From Alphaproteobacteria bacterium (GTDB lineage: Bacteria > Pseudomonadota > Alphaproteobacteria > Reyranellales > Reyranellaceae): DNA of 64,000 nucleotides. This document shows positions 26,180 through 41,105 of the stretch, piece by piece; the first letter of the stretch is position 1, and each line of letters starts with the position of its first letter. The translations under genes and the position numbers were made by a program. The DNA lies in assembly GCA_017307275.1 (NCBI GenBank), contig JAFKFK010000026.1, forward strand, positions 6,134 to 70,133, written 5' to 3'. The notes beneath the pieces were generated by a model. It ran no database searches. It was given only the letters and a program-made list of their open reading frames with translations, and was not told where the DNA came from.

Positions 26180-27313
26180 CTACCGTGTGCGCGGCAATTG
26201 CGCATCGCGGTAGACATTGACCCCGATCAGCAGCCCGCAGGCGAACATGACCGACAGCAGGGCCGTGCCGCCGTTGCTGACGAGCGGCAGCGGCACACCG
26301 ACGACCGGCAGCATGCCCATGACCATGGCCGTGTTGATGAAAACGTAGAGGAACATCAGGGAGGTGACGCCCAGCGCCAGCAAGCGGCCGAAATGGTGCT
26401 GGCTGCGGAAGGCGATCGAGAAGCCCCAAACCAGAACCAGCGCGAACAGGGCGAGCAGCACGCAGGCGCCGACCAGGCCCCATTCCTCGACGAAGGTCGT
26501 GAAGATGAAGTCCGTCTGCTTTTCCGGCAGGAAGTTCAGCGACGACTGGGTGCCCTTCAGGAATCCCTTGCCAAACAGGCCGCCCGAGCCGATGGCGATC
26601 TTGGACTGGGTGATGTGATAGCCGGCGCCCAGTGGATCGCGGTCGGGATCGAGGAAGGTGAGCACGCGCTTGCGTTGGTACTCGTGCATCAACGACCAGG
26701 CGATCGGCAGGCAGGCGACTGCCGAGACACCTGCGGCGAGAAACATCCAGATCCGTACACCCGCCACGAACAGCAAGGCGCCGCCGCCCATCAGCACCAT
26801 CATCGCCGTGCCGAGGTCGGGCTGCACCATCACCAGCGCCACCACCACGAGGATCATGGCCAGCGGCGGCAGCGTGTAGAGGAACTGCGAGGCCTGTTCC
26901 TTGCGCAGCCCGTGATAGTAACGGGCCACCACCATGATCACCGCCACCTTGGCGATCTCCGAAGGCTGGATTTGCAGCGGCCCGATCACCAGCCAGCGCT
27001 GCGCGCCCATGCCGATCTTGCCGATGACGTCGACGGCAACCAGCAGCAGGACCGAGACGATGTAGATCGGCCACGCCATCGCCAGCCAGACCTTGGGATG
27101 GATCAGCGCCACCACCAGCATCAGGCCGAAGGCTGCGCCGTAGCGCACGGCGTGACGTGCTGCCCATGGCTCGAAGCGACCGCCGGCCGCGGAATAGAGC
27201 GCCAGGACGCCGACTCCGGCGATTGCGGTCAGGACAAGGACCAGTCCCCAGTTGATGCGCCAGATCTTCTCGGCAAAGCCGATTGGCGCCGGGGCGTCGA
27301 GGGCGAGGCTCAC
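26180..27313 (-). CDS. rodA: Rod shape-determining SEDS protein RodA
   Basis: GAQRWL, IQPSEIAK, QPDLGTA, FLPEKQTDFIF and PLVSNGG. Confidence 0.96.
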   Translation of the reverse strand: MSLALDAPAPIGFAEKIWRINWGLVLVLTAIAGVGVLALYSAAGGRFEPWAARHAVRYGAAFGLMLVVALIHPKVWLAMAWPIYIVSVLLLVAVDVIGKIGMGAQRWLVIGPLQIQPSEIAKVAVIMVVARYYHGLRKEQASQFLYTLPPLAMILVVVALVMVQPDLGTAMMVLMGGGALLFVAGVRIWMFLAAGVSAVACLPIAWSLMHEYQRKRVLTFLDPDRDPLGAGYHITQSKIAIGSGGLFGKGFLKGTQSSLNFLPEKQTDFIFTTFVEEWGLVGACVLLALFALVLVWGFSIAFRSQHHFGRLLALGVTSLMFLYVFINTAMVMGMLPVVGVPLPLVSNGGTALLSVMFACGLLIGVNVYRDAQLPRTR

Positions 27314-29217
27314 CGCGAGGCCATCTTCTTGAAGCCGTCGGTGCGGCGCGACGGATCGCGCTTGATGGTCTCGGCCAACACGTCGCGGCCGATAGGTCCA
27401 GCGGTCGCGCCGCCGGCCATGCCGTGCTCGATGATGACGGCGCAGGCATAGCGCGGCTTTTCGGCCGGCCCGAAACAGACGAACAGCGCGTGATGGCGCA
27501 GATGCCAGGGCAACTGCGCCTGGGTGATACCGAGCTCACGCTCGCGCTCGGTGATGCGCTTCACTTGTGCTGTGCCCGTCTTGCCGGCGAAGGTGAAGTC
27601 GAGCAGCTTGCCGCTCGCATCGCGCCGCAAGGCGCCGGCGGTGCCGATGCTGCTGTTCACGACGTCGACCATGCCCTGGCGGATGATCTGCAGGTGCTGC
27701 GGATTGAGGCGCAGCGACGGTGCCGTCGGCTTGTCGCGCGGCGCCGGCGGCGCCAACTCCTCACGCGGCGTCGTCTTGGCCAGCAGCAGGTTGGGCTGGA
27801 CATCGTAGCCGCCATTGGCGATGCGCGCCGTCATGATGGCGAGTTGCAACGGCGTCGCGGTCATGAAGCCCTGGCCGATGCCGAGATTGAAGGAATCGCC
27901 CGGCTGCCAGGGCTTGCCGATCTTCTCCTGCTTCCAGGCGCGCGTCGGCTGGTTAGCCGACGACTCGCCCGGCAGGCCGAGCTCGCTCACCTTGCCGAAG
28001 CCCAGCCGATTGGCCATGTCGGCCATGCGATCGACGCCAGTGCGTCGCGAGGCCTCGTAGAAGAAGCAGTCGCACGAGCAGGCGATCGCCTCGGTGACGT
28101 TGGTCGAGCCGTGACCGCCCTTCAGCCAGCAATGGAACTTGATGCCACCGAGTTCGAGGTAGCCAGGACAGGGCAGCCGCGTCCAGGGATCGATCACTTT
28201 GGCTTCGAGTGCAGCCAGCGCCGTCACCATCTTGTAGGTCGAGCCTGGCGGATAGACGCCGGCGATTGCCTTGTTGTGCAGCGGCCGCTCGGGATTCTCG
28301 AGAAGATCGCGCCATTCGCTCTGGGTGATGCCGCGGGCGAAGGTCGACGGATCGAAGCCCGGGCTCGACACCATCGCCAGAACGTCGCCCGTGATCACGT
28401 CCATGACCACGACCGAACCGGACTGATGCTCCTTGACCTTCTCGGCAACGAAGCGCTGCAGGTCGAGATCGATGGTGAGCAGAGCGTTGTCGCCGGGCTG
28501 GCCTTCGGTGCGGTCGAGTTCGCGAACGACGCGGCCAACGGCATTGACCTCAACCTGGACGGCTCCGGCGCGGCCACGCAGATCGTCTTCGAGCGAGCGC
28601 TCCATGCCTTTCTTGCCGAAGCGCATGGTGGGCAGGCTCAGCACCGGATCGTCGCGACCGGCGAGATCTTCGTCGGCGACGCGACCGGTGTAGCCCACGA
28701 TGTGGCTCATCAGCTCGCCTTCGGGGTAGTCGCGAGACTGGCCGAGATCGATGAAGACGCCCGGCAGATCGGGCGCGTTGAACTCCAGCCGCGCCACCTC
28801 TTCCCAGCCGAGATTCTCGCGCACGACGGCGGGTTGGGAATTGCGGCTGCGGCGTAGTTCGCGCAGCAGGCGGCTCTTGTCGGCGTCGCCCAGGCTCAGG
28901 ATCTGATCGAGCCGCTCGATCAGGACGTCGGCGCCGCGTCCGCGGTCGGACGTCACCATGGCGCGGAAATTGTTGCGGTTCACGGCCAGTGGCTGACCAC
29001 TGCGGTCGAAGATCAACCCGCGCGACGGCGGCAGCAGCCGCAGATTGATGCGGTTTTCGTCCGCCAGCGATGCGAAGCGCTCCGTCTCGACGACCTGGAG
29101 CTGATAGAGCCGGCCAGCCAGCGCCGTCAGCAGCACGGCCTGAGCGCCGCCCAACAGTAGGGCCCGGCGCGTAAAGAGGCCGCTGCGCTCGCCGTCGCCT
29201 TTGCGAAACTGCTTCAT
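27310..29217 (-). CDS. mrdA: Penicillin-binding protein 2
   Basis: SxxK (GSTYK), SCD and KTG (GKTGTAQV) motifs; position in the mre operon. Confidence 0.96.
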   Translation of the reverse strand: MKQFRKGDGERSGLFTRRALLLGGAQAVLLTALAGRLYQLQVVETERFASLADENRINLRLLPPSRGLIFDRSGQPLAVNRNNFRAMVTSDRGRGADVLIERLDQILSLGDADKSRLLRELRRSRNSQPAVVRENLGWEEVARLEFNAPDLPGVFIDLGQSRDYPEGELMSHIVGYTGRVADEDLAGRDDPVLSLPTMRFGKKGMERSLEDDLRGRAGAVQVEVNAVGRVVRELDRTEGQPGDNALLTIDLDLQRFVAEKVKEHQSGSVVVMDVITGDVLAMVSSPGFDPSTFARGITQSEWRDLLENPERPLHNKAIAGVYPPGSTYKMVTALAALEAKVIDPWTRLPCPGYLELGGIKFHCWLKGGHGSTNVTEAIACSCDCFFYEASRRTGVDRMADMANRLGFGKVSELGLPGESSANQPTRAWKQEKIGKPWQPGDSFNLGIGQGFMTATPLQLAIMTARIANGGYDVQPNLLLAKTTPREELAPPAPRDKPTAPSLRLNPQHLQIIRQGMVDVVNSSIGTAGALRRDASGKLLDFTFAGKTGTAQVKRITERERELGITQAQLPWHLRHHALFVCFGPAEKPRYACAVIIEHGMAGGATAGPIGRDVLAETIKRDPSRRTDGFKKMASR

Positions 29218-29786
29218 GACGTGGTCTCGCCCGGCTGCGCCGTGCCACGGGACAGTTCCGGCACGTTCAGCGGATCACGCGCACGTACTCGGGCAAGCAA
29301 TGGCGCCAGCAGGGGATAGGTCACGGCCACGACCAGATACTGCATGATCGCCGGCACGGGATCGATGGCCGTCCAGGTCCACAGGGCGGTAAAGGCCCAG
29401 ACCAGCGCGACGAAGCCGAACATGAGAATGCAGAAGCCAAACCACTGGAAGAGAAACGGCACGCCGACCAGGTAGCGGCGGTTTGCCACGACGGCGGCGC
29501 GGATCAGCACGAACCCCATTGCACTGACGCCGACCGGCGCTCCCGGGCCGCCCAGCAGCAGATCGAGCAGCACGCCCATGGCCAGCAGTAGCGGTCCGGG
29601 CAGACGCTCGGGTGTTGCCAGGCTGAACTGGAAGACGACCAGGGCCGGCAGGAGTGGCAGAGTGTCGGAGAGATAGGGCGCGCGCAGTGGTGCCAGGGTC
29701 AACAGCACGAAGAAAAGCAGCACCGAGCCCGGCAAGGCAGCCCTGCCCCAGCGATCGAGAACGGCAAGTACTCCATCGGCGCGCAT
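29214..29786 (-). CDS. mreD: Rod shape-determining protein MreD
   Basis: Hydrophobic protein between mreC and mrdA; motif GVLLDLLLG..VG.SA. Confidence 0.85.
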   Translation of the reverse strand: MRADGVLAVLDRWGRAALPGSVLLFFVLLTLAPLRAPYLSDTLPLLPALVVFQFSLATPERLPGPLLLAMGVLLDLLLGGPGAPVGVSAMGFVLIRAAVVANRRYLVGVPFLFQWFGFCILMFGFVALVWAFTALWTWTAIDPVPAIMQYLVVAVTYPLLAPLLARVRARDPLNVPELSRGTAQPGETTS

Positions 29787-29787
29787 G

Positions 29788-30699
29788 TCAGCGAACCTTC
29801 TGGCCGGGCGCCGGTGTCCCGGCTGGCGCGGTCTGAGGCGCAGTCCCTCCCGAAGTGCTCCCCACCAAGCCGGTGACGCCGTAGTCGACGACGCGCACGA
29901 ACTCCAGGCGGGAGAAATCGGTGAAAGGCCGCACGCGCACGCTGCCTTCGTTCGTCTCGACCACTTCGCCGACTGGAATGCCGACCGGGAAACTGCCGCC
30001 ATGTCCCGAGGTCACGATTCGATCACCACGCTGCACGCCTGCCACGCTTTGCAGGAGGGTGAGCCGCAAGCGGGTCGAATTGTCTCCCGCCAGGATGGCC
30101 CGCTCGCGCGTACGCTCGATCAGGACAGGCAGGCGCGAGTTCACGTCGGTGACGAACAGAACACGGGCGCTGTTCTCGCCGACCTCGGCGATGCGGCCGG
30201 CAAGGCCCTCGCCGGTCACGACGGCCTGGCCTGGCGCCACACCCACCCTGCGGCCGACGTTGAGGAGCGCCCCGCGCATGTAGGCGTTGACGCTGTCGCC
30301 CACGATGCGGGCCGTGATGAACGAAGCCTCAGGGCCTTCCCGGAAATTGGCGAGCCCGCGCAGCCCCTCGTTCTCGTTCTCCAGCCGTCGAGCGGCGGTC
30401 TGCCAGGCCAGCAACCGGGCATTCTCTTCGCGCAGCCGGGCATTCTCCTCGCGCAACGACGCGAACTCCCTCAGGTCGGCAATGGCGCGGTTGGCGTAGG
30501 CAACGGGCCGGGCAATGGCTTCAAGCACGGGGCTGGCGACATCGAGAGCAACCACACGGGCATGTTCGACGAGGACCGTATCGGCCTTGCCGATCAGCAT
30601 GATGACGAAGGCAGCGACCACGAGCAGACCAAGGGCAAAGCGCTGCACGACTGTGCGCACTTGGCCCGCGACCACCTCGAAGTCGTCCCGGATCGCCAT
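29788..30699 (-). CDS. mreC: Rod shape-determining protein MreC
   Basis: TM helix, coiled coil (LREENARL x2), GLAGRI, TDVNSRLPV and TSGHGGSFP. Confidence 0.95.
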   Translation of the reverse strand: MAIRDDFEVVAGQVRTVVQRFALGLLVVAAFVIMLIGKADTVLVEHARVVALDVASPVLEAIARPVAYANRAIADLREFASLREENARLREENARLLAWQTAARRLENENEGLRGLANFREGPEASFITARIVGDSVNAYMRGALLNVGRRVGVAPGQAVVTGEGLAGRIAEVGENSARVLFVTDVNSRLPVLIERTRERAILAGDNSTRLRLTLLQSVAGVQRGDRIVTSGHGGSFPVGIPVGEVVETNEGSVRVRPFTDFSRLEFVRVVDYGVTGLVGSTSGGTAPQTAPAGTPAPGQKVR

Positions 30700-30778
30700 G
30701 TTCGGCTATTCTACTCCAACTCGCTCGACTTCTCCTCCCCCGCTTAGTCGGGGAGCGCGCGAAGGGGAGGCGTTTCTC

Positions 30779-33161
<2,383 letters not shown>

Positions 33162-33162
<1 letters not shown>

Positions 33163-34262
33163 CAGTCGAAGACAACCACGCCGCGGGCAACTTCGCCGGC
33201 CATCATCTTCTTGAAGCCGTCGTTGATCTCCGAGAGCTTGTAGGTACGGCTGATCAGGCCATCGATGTTCAGCCGCTTGTTCATGTAGTGGTCGACCAGC
33301 ACCGGGAAATCGAGATCGGGTCGCACCGAGCCGTAGAAGGTGCCGCTCACCTTCTTCTCGCTGAACACCATCATGAAGGGCGAATACTGCGCCTTCATCG
33401 ACGGCGCGGAAATGCCGACGGCAACCGCGTGCCCGCCCGGCGCCAGCGCGTCGAAGCTCAGCGCCTGCGTCTTGTCGATCGACACCGCATCGAAGGAATA
33501 GTCGACGCCCAACCCGCCGGTGATCTCCTTCACCTTCTTCACCGGATCGTTGTCGGTCGCGGTGTTGACGGTGTGCGTGGCGCCGAAGGTCTTCGCCATC
33601 TCGAGCTTGTTGTCGAGGATGTCAGCCGCGATGATCTTCGACGCGCCCGAGAGCATGGCGCCCTGGATGGCGTTGAGACCGACGCCGCCGCAGCCGATCA
33701 CCAGCACGGTCGAGCCTGCTTCGATCTTGGCGTGACGCGTCACCGCGCCGACGCCGGTCGCCACGCAGCAACCGACCAGGGCTGCCTGCGCCCAGGGCAT
33801 GTCCTTGCGGATCGGGATCACCATCTCCTCCGGCACGACGACCTCTTCGGCAAAGGTGCCGATACGCGCCATCTGGTTGATGCCCTGGCCCTTGTGCTTC
33901 AGCCGCAGGGTGCCGTCGTAGAGCGAGCCCGGGGGCACCGAGGCACGGCCGACGCACAGCACGGTGCGGCCCTGCGTGCAGTAACGGCAACGCCCGCAAT
34001 GCGGACGGAAGGAGAAGATCACATGGTCGCCCGGCTTCACCGTCGTGACGCCGGCGCCGCATTCGAGAATCTCACCGGCCGCTTCATGGCCCGGCACGAT
34101 TGGCATGGGCGACGGCCAGTCGCCGTTCATCACGTGCCAGTCGCTCTGGCAGACGCCCGACGCCCGCATCTTCACGCGCACTTCCTGCGCCTTCGGCGGA
34201 TCGAGCTCGCACTCCACGACCTGCAACGGCTCGTTGGGCTTGAACAGAACGGCGGCCTTCAT
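33162..34262 (-). CDS. Zn-dependent alcohol dehydrogenase (MDR)
   Basis: CQSDWH, GHE, CGRCRYC...C structural Zn site and GCGGVG. Confidence 0.95.
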
Positions 34263-34305
34263 GTTTTTCCTCCTGAATTGTTGGCGGGACTATATCATCG
34301 CCCGC

Positions 34306-35064
34306 ATGACCAACACCCTCCTCATCACCGGAGGCGCCTCAGGCATCGGCGCCGAGACCGCCCGTCGAGCCGCAACGCGCGGCTACAGGATCGCCATCAA
34401 CTATCGCTCGCGCGACGCCCAGGCCAAAGCCGTCGTGGCCGACATCGCGGCCAAGGGCGGCCAGGCCATCGCATTGCCTGGCGATATGGCCAACGAAGCC
34501 GATATCGTGCGCCTGTTTGCAGAGACCGAGCAGGCGCTGGGGCCGATCACGCACCTGGTCAACAGCGCCGGCATCGATCCCAGCCGGGCGCGCGTCGAGG
34601 ATTATGACGCCGACACGCTCCATCGCCTGTTCACGATCAATGTCACCGGCTTGATGCTGTGCTGCCGCGAGGCCACGCGGCGCATGTCGACCAAGAACGG
34701 CGGTAAAGGCGGCTCGATCGTCAACGTCTCGTCGATGGCCGGCACACTTGGCGGGCGCAAAGGCGCCTCGGCCTACGCCGCCACCAAGGGCGCGGTCGAT
34801 GCCTTCACCAAGGGCTTTGCCCGCGAAGTGGCGGCAGAGGGCATCAGGGTCAATTCGATTCGCCCCGGCGCGGTCATGACCGAAATGACCGAGGGCCGGC
34901 TGAACGACGACGCCGTCCGCACTGCCGTCGCCGCGTCGATTCCCATTCAGCGCATCGGCGAGGCGCACGAAATCGCCGAAGCGATCCTGTGGCTCCTGTC
35001 GAATGAAGCCTCCTTCATCACCGGCGCCATGCTCGACGCATCCGGGGGCGGCTATGTCATCTGA
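34306..35064 (+). CDS. Short-chain dehydrogenase/reductase, copy 1
   Basis: TGGASGIG, NSAG, YAATK and basic NYRSR (NADP-type). Confidence 0.95.
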   Translation: MTNTLLITGGASGIGAETARRAATRGYRIAINYRSRDAQAKAVVADIAAKGGQAIALPGDMANEADIVRLFAETEQALGPITHLVNSAGIDPSRARVEDYDADTLHRLFTINVTGLMLCCREATRRMSTKNGGKGGSIVNVSSMAGTLGGRKGASAYAATKGAVDAFTKGFAREVAAEGIRVNSIRPGAVMTEMTEGRLNDDAVRTAVAASIPIQRIGEAHEIAEAILWLLSNEASFITGAMLDASGGGYVI

Positions 35065-35821
35065 AGCCAAGACACTTCTCATCACCGGCGGCGCCTCGGG
35101 CATCGGCGCCGAAACGGCGCGCCGAGCGGCAGCACATGGCTACAAGATCGCCATCAACTACCGCTCGCGCGATGCGCAGGCCAAGGCGGTCGTGGCCGAC
35201 ATCACCGCCAAGGGCGGCCGGGCCATCGCCCTGCCGGGCGACATGGCGAAAGAGGCCGATATCGTGCGGCTGTTCGAGGAGACCGAACGGGCGCTGGGCC
35301 CCATCACGCATCTGGTGAACAGCGCCGGCATCAACGGCCGGCGCGGCCGGGTCGACGAATACGACGCGTCCATTCTCGCCAACCTGTTCGCCGTGAATGT
35401 CGTTGGGCTGATGCTCTGCTGCCGCGAAGCCGCTCGCCGCATGTCGACCAAGAACGGCGGCAAGGGCGGCGCCATCGTCAACGTCTCGTCCATGGCCGGC
35501 ACCCTGGGCGGACGCCCCGGCTCGTCGGCCTATGCCGCCAGCAAGGGCGCCGTCGATGCCTTCACCAAGGGCTTCGCCCGCGAAGTCGCGGCAGAGGGCA
35601 TCCGCGTGAATTCGCTGCGGCCCGGCATGGTGCTGACCGAGATGACCGAAGGCCGGCTGAACGACGACGCCTTTCGCGCCAGCATCGAAGCCTCGATCCC
35701 GATGGGACGAATCGGCCAGAGCCGCGAAATGGCCGACACTATCCTGTGGCTGCTCTCGGACCAGTCGTCCTTCATCACCGGCGCGATGCTCGATGCCTCG
35801 GGCGGCGGATACAAGATTTGA
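35054..35821 (+). CDS. Short-chain dehydrogenase/reductase, copy 2
   Basis: TGGASGIG and YAASK; close paralogue of copy 1 with overlapping start and stop. Confidence 0.95.
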   Translation: MSSEAKTLLITGGASGIGAETARRAAAHGYKIAINYRSRDAQAKAVVADITAKGGRAIALPGDMAKEADIVRLFEETERALGPITHLVNSAGINGRRGRVDEYDASILANLFAVNVVGLMLCCREAARRMSTKNGGKGGAIVNVSSMAGTLGGRPGSSAYAASKGAVDAFTKGFAREVAAEGIRVNSLRPGMVLTEMTEGRLNDDAFRASIEASIPMGRIGQSREMADTILWLLSDQSSFITGAMLDASGGGYKI

Positions 35822-35827
35822 AAACAA

Positions 35828-35851
35828 AAACGGGCCCCGAAGGGCCCGTTT
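35828..35851. terminator. Probable bidirectional terminator between the SDR genes and ilvC
   Basis: Stem AAACGGGCCC/GGGCCCGTTT with an A-rich left flank. Confidence 0.8.
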
Positions 35852-35869
35852 CGTTAGCGTCCGGAAGGA

Positions 35870-36934
<1,065 letters not shown>

Positions 36935-36985
36935 TTACTAGACAACCCAGCCCGCAAACACCAGTCTGGAATCCTGCCTCTTCGC

Positions 36986-37531
36986 ATGTCCGCCCTGCAT
37001 TCCCTCCTGCCCGTGCTCGCTATGTCCTTTTTCCTCGGCGGCTGCTGGTACAGTTCCTCCGTTTCCGGCAGCAAGGACGGCACGTCGCAGATGCGGCGGA
37101 TCGACCAGGCAAATGCCAGCACCACGCCGCAGCAGGCCCAGGCGCTCATCAGCGGCAAGACCTGGCGCGCGACCGGCAGCCTCTACGGCCCGGCCGTCCA
37201 CTATTCCACACCTGACGGACGGGATTTCGCCTGGTTCTTTGAAGGACGCCAGGTCACCGCTGGCGAATGGAAGGTCGAAACCGGCCCCTCCGGCCCGAGC
37301 GGTGCCCCGGTGACGAAGGTCTGCCTGCGCTACCCCGGCGAAACGACCCATCCGATCAGCAAGGCAGCAGGCGCCGACTGGTACTGCCAGCCCGCCGGTG
37401 CGGTCTTCGAACGGGTGGGCGAACGCGTCAACGGCGATCCACTCGGTCTCGCCAGCCGGAGCGAGCTGCCGTTCGTCTCCCGCCACAAGAACCTGACCAT
37501 CAGCCAGTTGCAGGCGCTGCTGCCGCGCTAG
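36986..37531 (+). CDS. Uncharacterised lipoprotein, copy 1
   Basis: Lipobox LGG-C; GKTW, HYSTPDGRDFAW, GEWK, VCLRYPG, WYCQPAG and GDPL. Confidence 0.7.
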   Translation: MSALHSLLPVLAMSFFLGGCWYSSSVSGSKDGTSQMRRIDQANASTTPQQAQALISGKTWRATGSLYGPAVHYSTPDGRDFAWFFEGRQVTAGEWKVETGPSGPSGAPVTKVCLRYPGETTHPISKAAGADWYCQPAGAVFERVGERVNGDPLGLASRSELPFVSRHKNLTISQLQALLPR

Positions 37532-37553
37532 ACTTCAAAGGATCTCAACGCTC

Positions 37554-38099
37554 ATGTCGACCTTCCGCTTTTCGTCGTTCCTCGCCGTGGCCGTCCTAGC
37601 CTTGGGCGCCTGCTCCAATCCCGATCCGGAGGCGCCGACGGGCCCGGCCGTGGCCATGCCGGGCATCGACTATGCCGTCGCCAATTCCACGCCCGGCGGC
37701 GCCGAGCGGGCGATGAGCCACAAGACCTGGATGTGGACGCGTGGCGGCGGGCCGGCGCAAATCCATTACTCGACGGCCGACGGGCGCGACTTTGCCTGGC
37801 TGGTCGGCCAGCGGCGGATATTCCAGGGCGAGTGGAAGACGCAGACGACGACCGAGAACGGCGGCCAGCCGCTGATCCAGGTCTGCCTGCGCTACCCTGG
37901 CGTCAACTTCGGCGGGCTCAGCAGCAACTGGACCTGCCGGCCGGCCGGCACGTTCTTCGTCGAGATGCAGCAGCGTGAAAGCGGCGATCCGCTCCGCATT
38001 GCGGGCCGCACGCAGGCACTGTTTGTGCTCACTCAGACTCCGACCAACCTCGCCGAGGTCGAAGGCCGGGTCGCGGCCATTCAGGGCATTCGCAACTAG
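37554..38099 (+). CDS. Uncharacterised lipoprotein, copy 2
   Basis: Lipobox LGA-C; HKTW, HYSTADGRDFAW, GEWK, VCLRYPG, WTCRPAG and GDPL. Confidence 0.75.
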   Translation: MSTFRFSSFLAVAVLALGACSNPDPEAPTGPAVAMPGIDYAVANSTPGGAERAMSHKTWMWTRGGGPAQIHYSTADGRDFAWLVGQRRIFQGEWKTQTTTENGGQPLIQVCLRYPGVNFGGLSSNWTCRPAGTFFVEMQQRESGDPLRIAGRTQALFVLTQTPTNLAEVEGRVAAIQGIRN

Positions 38100-38716
38100 C
38101 GATCGAGGGCGAGCTTCAAGCCGAGCGCCCCGAGCGCGCCCCCCATGATTCGGTCGAGCCAAACCTTGGTGCGACGGTAAAAAGCGCGCGCGGTGCTGCC
38201 GGAAAAGAGCAGCGCCAGCAGGGCGAACCAAGTGAATTCGTTGATCGCCACGATCGCCAGAACCGTGGCGTCCATCCACGCCGGCGGTTGGACAGGCAGT
38301 AGCGAGATGAAGATGCTGCCCATGAAGACCATGACCTTGGGATTGCTGAGCTGCAGCAGCAGCGCCTTGACGAAGCCCTGCCAGGCACCGGCCTGAGCGG
38401 CCGCGGGATCGGCTTCGGGCAGCGGCGCACCGGCATGGCGCAGCAGCATGAAGCCGAGATAGATCAGGTAGATCGCGCCGGCGATGCGGAAGGCGACGTA
38501 GAGCCACTCGAAACGGGCAAACAGGATCTGCAGCCCATAGAGCGCCGCCGCGGCCCAGACCACTGCCCCCAGCATCATGGCGAAGGCCGCCAGCAGGCCG
38601 GCCCGCCGGCCGGACACGGCCGACGTCTGGATCACGAGAACAGTCGACGGCCCCGGGCTCGCGACGGCCAACAAATGGACCAGCGCGAGGCCTGCGAGGA
38701 CGGCGACGTACTCCAC
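38096..38716 (-). CDS. LysE/RhtB family amino-acid exporter
   Basis: SPGPS, GAIYLIYLG and SNPK. Confidence 0.92.
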   Translation of the reverse strand: MEYVAVLAGLALVHLLAVASPGPSTVLVIQTSAVSGRRAGLLAAFAMMLGAVVWAAAALYGLQILFARFEWLYVAFRIAGAIYLIYLGFMLLRHAGAPLPEADPAAAQAGAWQGFVKALLLQLSNPKVMVFMGSIFISLLPVQPPAWMDATVLAIVAINEFTWFALLALLFSGSTARAFYRRTKVWLDRIMGGALGALGLKLALDR

Positions 38717-39222
38717 TAGAGCTGCTCGGCTCCGCGCGACATGGCGACGATGCCGGTACGGCCGACATCGACCAGACCGAGCGTCTCCATGAGACCGACG
38801 AAGGTCTGCACCTTGTCGGAGTTGCCGGTGACCTCGAAGACGAAGGAGTCGGTCTTGGCGTCGATCACCTTGGCGCGGAAGACGTCGGCGAGCCGCAGCG
38901 CCTCGACACGCTTGTCGCCGGTGCCCTTGACCTTCACCAACGCCAGCTCGCGCTCAATGTGCGGGCCCTCGACGGTGAGGTCGCGCACGCGATGAACCGG
39001 CACGAGACGGTCGAGCTGCGCCTTGATCTGCTCGATCACCATCGGCGTGCCGCTGGTGACGATGGTGATGCGCGAGAGGTTCTGCTTGGCGTCGGTCTGC
39101 GCCACGGTCAGGCTCTCGATGTTGTAGCCGCGGCCGGAGAACAGGCCGACCACGCGCGCCAGGATGCCGGGTTCGTTGTCGACCAGGACGGAGATGGTGT
39201 GGCTGGAGGCAAGTTCCTGCAT
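38716..39222 (-). CDS. ilvH: Acetolactate synthase small subunit
   Basis: LVDNEPGILARVVGLFSGRGYNIESL (ACT domain). Confidence 0.96.
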   Translation of the reverse strand: MQELASSHTISVLVDNEPGILARVVGLFSGRGYNIESLTVAQTDAKQNLSRITIVTSGTPMVIEQIKAQLDRLVPVHRVRDLTVEGPHIERELALVKVKGTGDKRVEALRLADVFRAKVIDAKTDSFVFEVTGNSDKVQTFVGLMETLGLVDVGRTGIVAMSRGAEQL

Positions 39223-39224
39223 GA

Positions 39225-40994
<1,770 letters not shown>

Positions 40995-41021
40995 GACAGC
41001 AGTCTCCTTCTGACAAATGTG

Positions 41022-41080
41022 CCGCAAAACGGGGGTTTTGCGGCGGGCCGGAAGATAGAGGCCGGGCCGGAGGGGGTCAA
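41022..41080 (-). promoter_or_regulatory. Sigma70 promoter of ilvIH with a 5'-proximal hairpin
   Basis: TTGACC(41080-41075)-N17-TATCTT(41057-41052); hairpin CCGCAAAAC/GTTTTGCGG at 41022-41043; no leader peptide seen. Confidence 0.7.
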
Positions 41081-41105
41081 CCCGAAATGCACGAAACGTA
41101 AAGTT

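Noticed and set aside
30730-30770. REP-like palindrome between mreB and mreC, loosely similar to 15248-15270
   Set aside because: The similarity is short and degenerate, and only two copies are visible, so a repeat family cannot be supported from this window.
41000-41050. ilv attenuator or leader peptide
   Set aside because: The predicted promoter leaves only ~50 nt of leader with one hairpin and no Ile/Leu/Val-rich mini-ORF.
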